Assembly (NCBI GenBank): GCA_958296135.2
Contig: CATQHZ020000001.1
Span: 512,001-576,000 of the forward strand
Direction of reading: 5' to 3'
DNA: 64,000 nt
Origin: an uncultured Poribacteria bacterium
Lineage (GTDB): Bacteria; Poribacteria; WGA-4E; WGA-3G
The notes beneath the pieces are model-generated. The model made no database searches. It was not told the origin of the DNA and worked only from the letters and a program-made list of their open reading frames with translations. The first letter of the stretch is position 1; every line of letters begins with the position of its first letter. The position numbers and the translations under genes are program-made. This document shows positions 37,674-48,167 of the stretch, in pieces.

Positions 37674-40600
37674 TTACTTCACGACTAACATTTTGCGCGT
37701 CGCGGTGAAGTCGCCCGCCGTGAGGGTGTAGAAATACACGCCGCTGGCAATGCGTTCGCCCAGTGCGTTTCTTCCATCCCAGTACGCCGCCCGGTTCTGG
37801 ATGTGATAGATGCCGGCCGGCTGGTACCCGACATCTAACATCCGTACCAACTTCCCATCCGCTGCATAGATGGAGACGCTCACTTCTGCTGGTTTGGCGA
37901 GGTGATACGGTATCCACGTCTCCGGGTTAAACGGATTGGGATAATTCGGCAATAGTGCCGTATTCTTCGGCGTTAACGCCGCCAAAAGGCGTTGGATGAA
38001 GAGAATGCCGCGCTGATATTTCGCATCGGTGCTGTTCGGTTGCATCGCCTGCGCCTGCGCGAGCCACTGTTCCACCGTGGCCGCTGTCGGCGCGTGAGCC
38101 AGCTGTTCCTGCACAGCAGGCGCGCCAGCTGCGCCACCGCCTAACGCGCCTGCTACTAAAACCAGATCGGCGATGTTGACAACGCCATCCCCGTTGACAT
38201 CGGCGGGATTCGCTTCACCGCGCTGCCCAAAGCGGCCGGCGATGAGCGTCAGATCTAGAATGTTCACGATGCCATCGCCGTTGACATCCTGGGATCCGAC
38301 AACGATGCTCAGTTCCGGCGGTGTCACATGGAGTGTCTCCCCGGTCCGCGTTCCTGCCTGAAAGTTCTCCAGTGTCACTCGGCTGTTTCCTTTTCCGATG
38401 ACGGTGAAACTTACCGAGAGCAGCGTGCCATGCGAGAGCCCCTTGCCTCTGGAGAGTTGGACAGACTTTACGCCGGTGATTTTACCGTTGCGATTCTGGA
38501 GGGTGCCTTCCTGAAAGAAGGTCTGGCTATTGTCCTGCTTCAGAAAATCACCTTCGCGGACCTGAGTGGCTTTTAGCACGGCGGGATTGAACGTCACATC
38601 CGCTTGCCACCCTGTCAAATTGGTGACGTTTGCAGTATTCAACTGGAGTGTGAACGTATCTCCCACCTCAAACTCCGTTGCATCGGTGGAAAAGGAGAAG
38701 TTGAGGCTCGGGCGGAAGATGGCGTATTTTGCGTCAGGGGCGAACCCAAAAAATCCGCACCAGTGGCCGCGACCCTCGTAAACAGCGACTAACAAGGTAT
38801 TTCTGCCCTGTTTCAGAGTGACAGGAGAATGACTCTGGTAATCGCTTGCGTCTCTGTTAACGTGCTCTACATGAACCAATTCGCCGTTGAGCCAGACCTT
38901 GACAGCATCATCGCTGCCCACAAACACTCGCGTCTGCTGCTCTCGCGGGGATTCAATAAAGATCAGGCCGTATGCAACGTGGTTGTCTATATTGCCTCTT
39001 CCGAAGCCGATTGCGTTGACGAGCTCGTTGATGTTATCGCCCCCGGCTGCGGAGAGGGTGCCAGGTGTCCAGAATCTCTCTCCGACAGCATCGCCATCTG
39101 TCGCACCGTTCATAGCGACCTGCTGCTCCGTTACAGTGCCGCCACTGGCTTGTGCCAGATAATCTATCCCGGAAGCAGAGGCTGCCGAACCTCCAATTCC
39201 ATTGCCTGTTGAGGCAATCATCCATAACCATGGCCCTGTGATTTTCGGTCCGCCTGAGGGTAGCCCAGGGTTCCCGGTGAGAATCACGCTCGTCTTTTTG
39301 CGTAATGCTTCCAACGCCGAGAAGTCGGCTATTTCGTTGTCACGGAGGTCTAAATGTTCCAAGTTGCGTAACCCGGCGAGCGGGGATACGTCCGTGATGT
39401 CGTTGTGCCGAAGGTTTAAATGTCTCACACCTGTTAATCCAGCGAAAGACGTAAGGTCTGATATGCTGCAATTCTGGAGGATGAGTCTTCTCAAACCGGG
39501 TAATCCTGCGAGTGGAGTGACATCCGATATGGCTGCATCGCTGATTTCCAGCGTTTGCAGTTTGCGTAATTTCGCCAACGGCGATAGGTTTGTGATGCGG
39601 GTATCCCACGCTTGCAGGTTGCTCAAGCTGAGCATGCCTGAGAGCGGCGAGATGTCCGATACCGGATTGTGGTTAATTCCTAATCCATCTAATTTCACTA
39701 AGCCAGAGAGTGGGGATAAGTCGGTAATCCGATTCTCCTCCAGGCCTAACCATCCCACGTTGATTAACTTTGCCAGTGGGGAAACATCGACAATCAAATT
39801 ATCTCGCAGCTTGATGTTCCCGAGGCGGATGAGGTTTCGGAGCGGCGAGATGTCCGTTATCAGATTGTGGCGCAGCTCCAGCCTCTCCAGACTCGTGGCT
39901 AGTTCAAGTCCTGTCAAATCACGAATGCCCTTGCGCTCGGCGTGTAGATTCGTTAACCGCAGCATGTCCTGCTGCGTGAGCTGCGCATTTTGCGGTTTGC
40001 CCAACGCGTTGTGAATTGCCTTGCGCAGCTGCAAGTCTGGGATATGAACGCCGGAGACCGGCGGTGTTTCATCGTCAATGGGAATGACGACGGTGTCTTC
40101 GGAAAACAGGGCGGCAACTAGCGTGCTGAATTGCGATGTCCACGTATCGCGTTGCACTCGCCCGTTGTCCAGTAGCAGTGCCTCCAAAGCGAGCGTTTGC
40201 AACTTTCCATCCCGAATCTCTCGGCGGAAGACAGACGTTGTGTAACCGACAGCGGCGGCGGCATGCGCTGCATCCAACGGTTCTTCAAACCGCTGATGGA
40301 ACCGTTCCACCGGCTCAACCCCACCAAAGATACCCCCGGCGGCTTCCAATGCCTTTCGGAACCGTTGCGTATCCACTGCCACAAGTTCCTCCATGCTCGC
40401 CTGTTCGACATAGAGCCGCAAGGCTTGTTGCTTGTCATAAGGCGGATTCACCTGCTGCTGAATCACTGCCCGGACTCCGTCCTCAAACTTCTTCATTCCT
40501 TCGGTGTGACAGCCGATACAGGACAGTCCATTGCGCACCACCGGATCGCGGGCAGCGGGATTCGAGACAATTGCCACCGGTGCTTCCTCCAGCCGTGTTC

Positions 40601-41717
40601 CCGCCGCCGTGACCAGGTAATACGCCTGCAGGCCGTTGGGGAGATTGAAGATAATCTCGCCGCCATCATGTGTGAAAGAGAGTGGGTGCGTGAAGACGTT
40701 CTGGCTGTCGACGTTGCCGGCAAAGTCGTAGGATTTCCAGTACGCGCCGTACCGCGAGCGGTGCCGTTCGACGACGCGGTTGTTTTGGGAGACGCGGGAT
40801 TCGTTGAACCCGGCGCGCCAGACGCGCACCCCGGGGGCATCCTGGAGATTTCGCGCTACGTCCACCTCCAGCCGTGCTTCCAACTCCCGGTCGGTCTGGG
40901 GTAAATCGAGGATGTCGTGGTAGAGGGGCGGCAGGGAAGCAGTCGCCAAGAACCAGTCCACGTGGATGAACGGCACCTCGGTGTCCGTTTCCTGCTGCAG
41001 TGTGGCATAGGTTAGCGAGTCTCCGTAATCAAAGGCGTAGGGATAGACTGCCTCCATCTTGGGCCACGCGTCAGTGACATCCCATTCGTAGTGGCGCAAA
41101 TCGATGTAGAAGAGCGTTTGGGCTGCATCAATGGGTTTCGGCTTAAGAATCTCAGCTCCCCAGGAGAGGCTGTTAATCAGTTTAGAGAGTGCGCGGCGAT
41201 ATGCCTCAAGTGCCTCATTGGTTTCACCTGCGTTGTAGAGATGCGTCATTGTGAAGTAGCGCGCATAGGGCCGGTTAAACGGCGTGAGCGAGTCTACATG
41301 CCGCTGAATGGCGGTGAGCATTGCATCCGGCGTGATGAAGTCGCGTTGAGTGGGGGCGAACGCCCAATTGGGTGCCCCGGCTTCAATCCAGCGGCGCACG
41401 ATATCGAGCTCCCTATCGGTGAGCGGCGGCTTGTTTAACGGCATTCGTTCAGCGTCGGGAGTGCTATGGAGGAGCCGCTTGTAGAACTCCGATGCATCCG
41501 GATTGCCGGGGACAACTGTCCCTGATGCCATCAATGTGTCGTATGGTGTCACGGTTAGCACGTCCGAGAACGGGCGATTTGCACCATGGCAGTCAATACA
41601 GTGTTGCTCGAAGATGGCGCGCGTGTGCAGTGCCAGCGGCTGTTGTGCGCTCGCGCTGACAACGCCTAGCACGATGAATGTTAAGACAGTTAACGTAAGA
41701 TGTTTGTAGTTTTTCAT
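37674..41717 (-). CDS. Secreted multidomain protein: planctomycete-type cytochrome c (2 CxxCH), LRRs, beta-sandwich, cohesin, dockerin, FlgD/T9SS-like CTD
   Basis: Signal peptide from MKNYK; CIDCH..MP..WIEAGA; CIGCH; internalin-like LRRs; GSDDAVKVWLNG; VGDTFTL..GWQADVTFNPAVL..GTLLSVSF; DVNGDG x2; NYPNPFNPETWIPY. Confidence 0.88.
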   Translation of the reverse strand: MKNYKHLTLTVLTFIVLGVVSASAQQPLALHTRAIFEQHCIDCHGANRPFSDVLTVTPYDTLMASGTVVPGNPDASEFYKRLLHSTPDAERMPLNKPPLTDRELDIVRRWIEAGAPNWAFAPTQRDFITPDAMLTAIQRHVDSLTPFNRPYARYFTMTHLYNAGETNEALEAYRRALSKLINSLSWGAEILKPKPIDAAQTLFYIDLRHYEWDVTDAWPKMEAVYPYAFDYGDSLTYATLQQETDTEVPFIHVDWFLATASLPPLYHDILDLPQTDRELEARLEVDVARNLQDAPGVRVWRAGFNESRVSQNNRVVERHRSRYGAYWKSYDFAGNVDSQNVFTHPLSFTHDGGEIIFNLPNGLQAYYLVTAAGTRLEEAPVAIVSNPAARDPVVRNGLSCIGCHTEGMKKFEDGVRAVIQQQVNPPYDKQQALRLYVEQASMEELVAVDTQRFRKALEAAGGIFGGVEPVERFHQRFEEPLDAAHAAAAVGYTTSVFRREIRDGKLQTLALEALLLDNGRVQRDTWTSQFSTLVAALFSEDTVVIPIDDETPPVSGVHIPDLQLRKAIHNALGKPQNAQLTQQDMLRLTNLHAERKGIRDLTGLELATSLERLELRHNLITDISPLRNLIRLGNIKLRDNLIVDVSPLAKLINVGWLGLEENRITDLSPLSGLVKLDGLGINHNPVSDISPLSGMLSLSNLQAWDTRITNLSPLAKLRKLQTLEISDAAISDVTPLAGLPGLRRLILQNCSISDLTSFAGLTGVRHLNLRHNDITDVSPLAGLRNLEHLDLRDNEIADFSALEALRKKTSVILTGNPGLPSGGPKITGPWLWMIASTGNGIGGSAASASGIDYLAQASGGTVTEQQVAMNGATDGDAVGERFWTPGTLSAAGGDNINELVNAIGFGRGNIDNHVAYGLIFIESPREQQTRVFVGSDDAVKVWLNGELVHVEHVNRDASDYQSHSPVTLKQGRNTLLVAVYEGRGHWCGFFGFAPDAKYAIFRPSLNFSFSTDATEFEVGDTFTLQLNTANVTNLTGWQADVTFNPAVLKATQVREGDFLKQDNSQTFFQEGTLQNRNGKITGVKSVQLSRGKGLSHGTLLSVSFTVIGKGNSRVTLENFQAGTRTGETLHVTPPELSIVVGSQDVNGDGIVNILDLTLIAGRFGQRGEANPADVNGDGVVNIADLVLVAGALGGGAAGAPAVQEQLAHAPTAATVEQWLAQAQAMQPNSTDAKYQRGILFIQRLLAALTPKNTALLPNYPNPFNPETWIPYHLAKPAEVSVSIYAADGKLVRMLDVGYQPAGIYHIQNRAAYWDGRNALGERIASGVYFYTLTAGDFTATRKMLVVK

Positions 41718-41851
41718 TGAAATGTTCCTTTTGTGCGCAGTGAATTGGGGCACTATGAGTTCGCGGGGACAGGCCCCCGCGCTACGGTTCTCACCGGTAG
41801 GCGCGATTTCCGAATCGCAACTGCCCAACACCTCGCGTTCGGCGCTCATGC

Positions 41852-44362
41852 CTATTTCCGAATGAGCATTTTCCGCGTCGCCGTGAAATCGCCCGCGGTG
41901 AGCGTATAGAAATAGATGCCACTTGCAACGGGTTCACCCAGTTCGTTTTTCCCGTCCCAATACGCTGCACGACTTCGCTCTTCGTACCGCCCGGATGCCT
42001 GCTGCCCTAATGCTAACGTCCGCACCAAAGTGCCGTCAACAGCATAGAGCTTCACCGTCACCTGCGTCGGTTCAGAAAGGTGATAAGGTATCCATGTCTC
42101 CGGATTGAACGGATTCGGATAATTCGGTAGCAATGCTGTCTGTGCTGGGCGCAGCTGGGATAAAAGCCGTTGGAGGTTGGCTATGCCTTGGTGGAACGCA
42201 ACGGAGCCGTTGTGTGCTGCCTGCGCTTGTGCTATCCATACTTCAAGCACGGCAGGCGTAACGCCCGACGGTGCGGCGGCACCGGCTATTGCGTCAATAC
42301 TTTCTGCGACAAGGCTCAGGTCTGCTTCGCTCACCTTTCCATCACGGTTGATGTCGGTTCTCGGGTCGATGAGTTTGTTGTTGCCTAAGTCGCGTGCTAC
42401 CAGGATCAGATCTAGAATGCTCACTTTTCCATCTGCATTGATATCCGCCACAAGCGGCGGCCTTTGCACAATAATAGGGCGGCTCTGGGGTGGCAGCACC
42501 GTCCAGGCCGTGCCGCCCTCAAACCCAAAAAAGCCGCTCCACCAGCCTCTATTTTCGTAAACTGCAACCAACAAGACGTTTGTTCCCTCCCGCAAGGTAA
42601 CGGAGACATTCTCTTGGTAACCTTCAACGGTGCTTTCTGCAGGGTTGTCGTGAACCAATTGTCCGTTGAGCCAGACCTTGGCAGCATCATCGCTTCCGAC
42701 AAACAACTGAGTTTGCTGCGTGCGCGGTGCATCCAAGGTTACGGAACCGTATGCGACATGAAAATCGATATTGTCTTTTCCGAGTCCGATAGTGTTCACC
42801 ATCTGATTGATGTTATTGCCGCCTTTGGGTGCCAATTTTCCGATTGTCCAGACTTTATCCCCAACGGGTTCTGCCGCTATAGCTCCCTCGGTTGCAATCT
42901 GTGGTTCGGTTACCGCGCCGCCGCTCAGGCGGGAGAGAAAATCGATGTTGGAAGCAGCGGCATCTGCGGCTGACATGCCCCCTGTGGGTGCGATAACCCA
43001 CAGCCAAGGCCCTGCGATGTGCTTCGGCGCGGTGCGTGTGGCGCCGGGGTTATCGTGCCGAACGATAGTGACACTTTGCGGGAGGGCATGCAACGGCGAA
43101 AAGTCCACTATCGCATTGTCCTCCAGATTGATCGATTGCAAATTGGGCAAGGATGCAAGCGGTGAGACATCCGACACCTCGTTATGCTTCAGACTCAGGT
43201 GTGTCAACCCAGTTAAACTCGCCAACGGCGAGATATCCGATATTTCGTTGTCAACAAGATAGAGCTCGCTCAAGCCGGTGAGTCCCTCCAAGGGTGCGAG
43301 GTCCGATATCCCGCCGCCACAGATATCTAACTCTCTTAGCTGGGGTAAGTCGGCGAAACCGGTGAGGCTATATATCGGCGTGCCCCAGGAGTGAAACCGT
43401 TCCAAGCGGTTCAAGCCAGCCAATGGTGCTGAGTCGAATCCCACGTTTTCGCTGATCCACACCCCTCTCAGGTTTTTGAGATTCGCGAGCGGTGTGATGT
43501 CGGATATCACGTTATTGCTGAGCCCTACTCCCTGCAACTTGGTTAAACTAGCGAGCGGTGTGATGTCGGATATCACATTTCCCTCCAACCCTAAGTGCCA
43601 CAATCCGGTTAAACTGGCGAGTGGTGTGATGTCCGATAGCGCGTTACTGCGCAAATCTAAATATCCCAATTCGGTTAATCCGGCGAGTGGCGTGATGTCC
43701 GATATCGTATTGTCATCAAGCCTCAGTTCTACCAAACCGCTCAGCCCGGCGAGCGGCGCGACATCCGCTATCTCGCAGTTGTCCAAATCTAACCGTTGCA
43801 GGTGGCTCATCCCTGAAATCGGTGTCAAGTCGGACACCGGATTGCCGCTAATGCCTACTGCATCCAACTTGCCGATGCTGGCGATGGGCGTTAAGTCGGT
43901 AATCTTGTTCTCCTCCAGTCCGAGCCATTCAACGTTGGCAAGTTGTGCGAGCGGCGTGATGTCAGATATTTCGTTGCCGCGCAACTTGATGTTATCTAAG
44001 GCGACGAGCCCGGCGAGCGGCGCAAGGTTGGATATTGCGTTGCGGCGCAGCTCCAGTTGTTCCAGATTGACAGCGAACTCTAAACCTGTCAGGTTGCGAA
44101 TCTTCCTGCCATCGGCGTGAAAACGGTGCAGCGTCGCCATTTCCTCGCGCGTGATTTGCGCGCCTTCCGCTTTACCGAGGCGTGCCGCCAAGGCGGCGCG
44201 GAGATTCGCATCGGGGATGTTCACGACTTGCGCGGTGACGTGCGGCGGAAATATCAGGAGCACCGTCGCGCAGCAGAGGAGTGTGCAAAAGAAAATGCGT
44301 GAGTAGGAGCCCCATTCCTTTAAAACGCCGGTGCAATGTTTATAGCGTTTCGGCTGTTTCAT
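41852..44362 (-). CDS. Secreted internalin-like LRR protein with beta-sandwich, dockerin and FlgD/T9SS-like CTD
   Basis: IPDANLRA cap; ~15 LRRs (N.ISDITPLA.L..L); GSDDAAKVWLNG; DINADG/DINRDG; NYPNPFNPETWIPY. Confidence 0.9.
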   Translation of the reverse strand: MKQPKRYKHCTGVLKEWGSYSRIFFCTLLCCATVLLIFPPHVTAQVVNIPDANLRAALAARLGKAEGAQITREEMATLHRFHADGRKIRNLTGLEFAVNLEQLELRRNAISNLAPLAGLVALDNIKLRGNEISDITPLAQLANVEWLGLEENKITDLTPIASIGKLDAVGISGNPVSDLTPISGMSHLQRLDLDNCEIADVAPLAGLSGLVELRLDDNTISDITPLAGLTELGYLDLRSNALSDITPLASLTGLWHLGLEGNVISDITPLASLTKLQGVGLSNNVISDITPLANLKNLRGVWISENVGFDSAPLAGLNRLERFHSWGTPIYSLTGFADLPQLRELDICGGGISDLAPLEGLTGLSELYLVDNEISDISPLASLTGLTHLSLKHNEVSDVSPLASLPNLQSINLEDNAIVDFSPLHALPQSVTIVRHDNPGATRTAPKHIAGPWLWVIAPTGGMSAADAAASNIDFLSRLSGGAVTEPQIATEGAIAAEPVGDKVWTIGKLAPKGGNNINQMVNTIGLGKDNIDFHVAYGSVTLDAPRTQQTQLFVGSDDAAKVWLNGQLVHDNPAESTVEGYQENVSVTLREGTNVLLVAVYENRGWWSGFFGFEGGTAWTVLPPQSRPIIVQRPPLVADINADGKVSILDLILVARDLGNNKLIDPRTDINRDGKVSEADLSLVAESIDAIAGAAAPSGVTPAVLEVWIAQAQAAHNGSVAFHQGIANLQRLLSQLRPAQTALLPNYPNPFNPETWIPYHLSEPTQVTVKLYAVDGTLVRTLALGQQASGRYEERSRAAYWDGKNELGEPVASGIYFYTLTAGDFTATRKMLIRK

Positions 44363-44713
44363 TTAGTTTAATCTCCTGTTTTGTTAAGCCATGCCTACTG
44401 TTCTGCCCTGGCACGGCGAGGGACAGGTTTCCCTCGCCCTACGGGTGTGAGTGTTCAGTGGGAGAAGAGTCAATATGAGGTTCATTTTACACAATTTGTG
44501 TGTAAATGTCAAGTTTTTATCAGAAGGAATGTGGTTTCCCCGCAGCCGTATTCTCTGTTTAACGGCAGGATGACCAGCTCTTGGAACATATACGTAGCCT
44601 CGCCAGTGAACAAGCCGAGGAGGGCCCACACAGTTCCGATCAACTGCGATGGCATTCTTCGGTTCCAATCGGGAAATTATACCAAATTAACTTTGATATT
44701 AGGGATTTGTGTT

Positions 44714-45214
44714 CTATAGGAATTTTTCCAGATACACCGCGTCATAGAAGCACCCATCAAGTTTGACGTGCTTTTTGGCCACGCCGGTCTTCTCAAAACC
44801 GAGTTTGCGATAAAACCGAAGGGCACGTGCGTTATGCGCCAAGACCTGGATGGCGCACTTTTCGTAGCCGTTATCCCGCGCAAATGCGAAAGATGCCTCA
44901 GCGAGACGCTGCCCGATTTGATACCCGCGAAAGTCGGCATGGAGCCATGTCCCCACCGTGGCAACGTGCCGCATTGACTCCGTGTAGTCGGCTAACCCAT
45001 CGGGTTCAATCACCTGTATGCCGACAATACGATGCGCTACTTCGGCAACGAACATGGCACTGCGCGCGCCTAATCCAGCGATGAACGCGCGCTCCTCTGC
45101 TTCCGTGAACGGATTCGTTAACGCGGTCCATTTGCCTTCCAAGATAACGGCGTTCATCACGGCGACAACCGCCTCCGCGTCGTCTGGTGTGGCTTTTCTG
45201 ATTAAGGCATTCAT
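44714..45214 (-). CDS. GNAT family N-acetyltransferase
   Basis: IRKATPDD, HADFRGYQIGQRL, NARALRFYRKLGF; ATGA overlap with the LamG gene. Confidence 0.88.
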   Translation of the reverse strand: MNALIRKATPDDAEAVVAVMNAVILEGKWTALTNPFTEAEERAFIAGLGARSAMFVAEVAHRIVGIQVIEPDGLADYTESMRHVATVGTWLHADFRGYQIGQRLAEASFAFARDNGYEKCAIQVLAHNARALRFYRKLGFEKTGVAKKHVKLDGCFYDAVYLEKFL

Positions 45215-45957
45215 CTCGTTTTGAGTCGTCCCCATGTTGTTGCGACTTTGCCGGTAGGTTCGACAGGCAGCTGTATGCCGTTCTTCATATCGCGTAGAAT
45301 CTCATCGGCAGAAAGCGCGACGCTCAGAATCTGAAGTTCATCGATGAAGCCGTCGATGCCGTTTCCGATGCGAAGCGGTGCGTCGTTGGTTTCAGGGTTT
45401 TTGTTAAAATCGCCTGCGCCCTCCTGCTTGCCATCAATGTAGAGTTTCAACGCGTTTTTATCATAAGTGAGCGCGACGTGATGCCACTTTTCGTCAACGA
45501 CGTTAGTTGCGCTCTCCAATTCGACGGCATCGGTATTCCCGCCGCTGGCAAAAATGCCGTAAACCTTGCCGCCCCACATTTTCACGGTGTAGTTGCGCGT
45601 AGCCCGGTCATCGCCGACTTGCTTGTAGGCGATGTTTTGTTCGCCGCCGCCTGTATCGCTGACGAATTTTACCCACGCAGCCACGGTGAAGGTTTCGAGG
45701 TTTAGCGTATCGGTATGCGCAACCTCCAAGTAGGTGCCGGGCTTGAAACCGACGGCTTTTCCGATTTTTCCTGCATCCCACGCGAGTTTCCCGCCGCCGA
45801 CTGTCGCGGTATGTCCGTGACCGGAACTATCCGCTGCTTCGTCGCCTTGTCCCTCATCGAAGAGCCAGATGCCGACAGCATCGGGGTGCTGCGCGTCACT
45901 CAACGCACCTATCGCGAAGAGGGCGAGTATCATTATCAAACGTAAATTGGATTTCAC
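45211..45957 (-). CDS. Secreted LamG-like jelly-roll protein with C-terminal VEPxGKxATTWGxLK motif
   Basis: WLFDEGQG..DSSGHG, FTVAAWVK, WHHVALTYD..LYIDG, GFIDEL; PVEPTGKVATTWGRLK. Confidence 0.88.
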   Translation of the reverse strand: MKSNLRLIMILALFAIGALSDAQHPDAVGIWLFDEGQGDEAADSSGHGHTATVGGGKLAWDAGKIGKAVGFKPGTYLEVAHTDTLNLETFTVAAWVKFVSDTGGGEQNIAYKQVGDDRATRNYTVKMWGGKVYGIFASGGNTDAVELESATNVVDEKWHHVALTYDKNALKLYIDGKQEGAGDFNKNPETNDAPLRIGNGIDGFIDELQILSVALSADEILRDMKNGIQLPVEPTGKVATTWGRLKTR

Positions 45958-45986
45958 AAAAGACCTCCTAAAATAATTAGTTTTTT

Positions 45987-46289
45987 TCGCGTGTAATCAT
46001 CGCGAGGGACAGGTTTTCCCTCGCGCTACGGGCAGACAAGCCGCCTAAACCTCGCGAAATAATTAGTTCTTCTCGCGTGTGAGCATGGCGCGGCACAGGA
46101 CCGCGCCCTACGGGCACGCGAACTGATTTTAGGTTATTTTTCTCGCGTGTAATCATCGCGAGGGACAGGTTTTCCCTCGCGCTACGGGCAGACAAGCCGC
46201 CTAAACCTCGCGAAATAATTAGTTCTTCTCGCGTGTGAGCATGGCGAGGCACAGGACCGCGCCCTACGGGCACGCGAACTGATTTTAGG
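45987..46289. repeat. Two tandem 156-bp units, each containing two REP-like palindromes
   Basis: Copies start at 45987 and 46143; contain atcgcgagggacaggtttt.cctcgcgctacgg and atggcg.ggcacaggaccgcgccctacgg. Confidence 0.88.
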
Positions 46290-47121
46290 AATAGCCGCCG
46301 AGACCTAACAGCATCCGTTCCTCGAGGTCTGCCTTTTTGAGGAAGTCGTGCGTTAAGCCGTCTGCTGGTTGCTCCCCGCCGTGCGGCGATTTGCGGAGCC
46401 ACGTCGGCGTGTAACTCAAAATTAACATTCTGCGCTTGGCTTTCAACGTCGGCATCCCACGATGCCAGAGATTGCCGTGAATCAAGACTGCGCCGCCTGC
46501 CTTGACAGCCACCTCCACCTCGCCTTCGATCGGTTCGTAGGTATCCGGCACCGCCCTGTCTAGCCAATTGTGCGACCCGGGGACGACAGCCACCGTGCCG
46601 GTGTCCGCGCCCAGGTCATCAAGGTAGATGAGGCAGTCGATGCAGTGCGGTTGCGAAAACCACGGGGGTATCGGGTTTGAAATCACCCGCAGATGTTGAT
46701 GCCACGGAGTTTGCTGTTGCCTATTTTCGCCTGGGTAAGTGATACGCGCGCTCAGCCCGCGTAGGCGCACCAGCGGTCCCATCATCGCCCGCGCAATGGA
46801 TAACGTTGGCTGGAATTTCAAGAGTGCCAGAAACCCCGGGTCTTTGTCCATTAAGTGGCGCGGAATGAACCCCCATCCCCGTTTGCTGGAGAGGGCGTTG
46901 TCGCGTTTTTCCCATTCGCGTTCCTCCAAACGTTCCAGCGCGTCGCGCAGCTTTTGGAGTGCCTCGCCTTGGAAGAGCCCTTCGCGAATGAGATACCCGT
47001 TCTCGGCGAACGCCTGCAACTCTTCCGGCGTGGCATGCACCTCTACGTCCCAGTGCCGTCCCGTTTCGCCGTTCGGATTGTGGGAGTTCAGGACTTCATA
47101 ATGAATTGTATGTCGATGCAT
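46285..47121 (-). CDS. PhyH family dioxygenase with HxH in place of HxD
   Basis: FAENGY, TPWHQHLR, YLDD..VVPGSH, IHGNLWHRG. Confidence 0.83.
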   Translation of the reverse strand: MHRHTIHYEVLNSHNPNGETGRHWDVEVHATPEELQAFAENGYLIREGLFQGEALQKLRDALERLEEREWEKRDNALSSKRGWGFIPRHLMDKDPGFLALLKFQPTLSIARAMMGPLVRLRGLSARITYPGENRQQQTPWHQHLRVISNPIPPWFSQPHCIDCLIYLDDLGADTGTVAVVPGSHNWLDRAVPDTYEPIEGEVEVAVKAGGAVLIHGNLWHRGMPTLKAKRRMLILSYTPTWLRKSPHGGEQPADGLTHDFLKKADLEERMLLGLGGYS

Positions 47122-47151
47122 CTTTTTCCTTTCTGGGTTGCGCTTCATGAA

Positions 47152-47307
47152 GTAGGAGAGACCTCCCGGTCTCGATTTTCAACATATCGGGACAGGGATG
47201 TCCCTCCTACCGAAGATATCGGGACAAGGATGTCCCTCCTACGGAAGACATCGGGACAGGGATGTCCCTCCTTCGGAAGACATCGGGACAGGGATGTCCC
47301 TCCTACG
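47152..47307. repeat. REP-like array (family 2), 32-bp period
   Basis: gtaggagagacctcccggtctcgat (47152), then atcgggaca(g/a)ggatgtccctcct(a/t)c at 47186, 47218, 47250 and 47282. Confidence 0.9.
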
Positions 47308-48088
47308 GCAAATATTCACCCGGTATGCGCGACATCGGGTAGTTTGCATCGGCATCCCGATTGGCGACGGGCCCGGGAATCTCGTTATCCCAATAGTCGG
47401 GGACGGTATTCGGGCGGCTGTGCCATGCGAGGATCAAGGTGCGGCGCACATCGGTATAGTTTTTGTAAGCGGAGTGCAAGATACGCGCGTCCGCCAGCAC
47501 GAGAGAACCCGCCTTCACACAGACATCCACCTGGTCTGGATGATTGCTGAACATGACGGGGTGGTTTTCTTCAATAAACCGCGCCCCCTGTTCATGCGCC
47601 GGTACTAAGATGTCGTGCAAATCGATGCGCTTGCGATGCGAGCCGGGGATCACCTTGAGACAGCCGTTTTCCGCTGTTGTATCGGTGAGATAGTAGTTGA
47701 GAAAGATGGTTTGCGGCCAGGGGGCGCAGCTGAGCGGGTCATTCCAGCGCATCCAGTCTTGGTGCCAGTAGAGTGCTGGTGCGCCCGGGTCTTTCGTCAA
47801 GATGATAATTCCGCCGGCTGTTGTGAAATCCCCGAATCCGATTTGTTCGAGTGCGTCGCGCGAGGGTTGCCATTCCAGCAATTTCTGGATGTGCGGGTTA
47901 TCTTCGCCGCGGACGTTGACGTGCTGTCCTTGATAAATCACATCGTCGGGTTGCACGTGTCCATCGATGAGGCGTTCGGATTCGTCGCGGAGTTCCTGCA
48001 AGAATTCCCCGGTCAAAATATCGTCAATCACGCAGTAGCCGTCGTGAAGCATTTGCTCCCGTTTTGCTAAGGCGATTTCAGGTGTCAT
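47303..48088 (-). CDS. PhyH family dioxygenase
   Basis: HDGY, YWHQDW, YLTDTTAENGCLKVIPGSH, ARILHSAYKN. Confidence 0.88.
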   Translation of the reverse strand: MTPEIALAKREQMLHDGYCVIDDILTGEFLQELRDESERLIDGHVQPDDVIYQGQHVNVRGEDNPHIQKLLEWQPSRDALEQIGFGDFTTAGGIIILTKDPGAPALYWHQDWMRWNDPLSCAPWPQTIFLNYYLTDTTAENGCLKVIPGSHRKRIDLHDILVPAHEQGARFIEENHPVMFSNHPDQVDVCVKAGSLVLADARILHSAYKNYTDVRRTLILAWHSRPNTVPDYWDNEIPGPVANRDADANYPMSRIPGEYLP

Positions 48089-48167
48089 TCGGATTGCTCC
48101 TTTTGGTTCTGAAATTGATGTTATTTTAGCATGAATTTGGATGAGAAAGCAAGTATTTTTTAAATTG

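Noticed and set aside
41718-41849. N-terminal extensions in the ORF track (cytochrome-LRR protein, comF, DHS-like, 50238 ORF, methyltransferase)
   Set aside because: The extensions run through REP-containing or otherwise intergenic DNA; downstream starts with RBS or signal peptide fit better.
39202-44120. Long antisense ORFs (39202-40014, 43476-44120) and those opposite smc and ftsH
   Set aside because: Shadow frames of well-supported genes in GC-rich, repetitive coding sequence.
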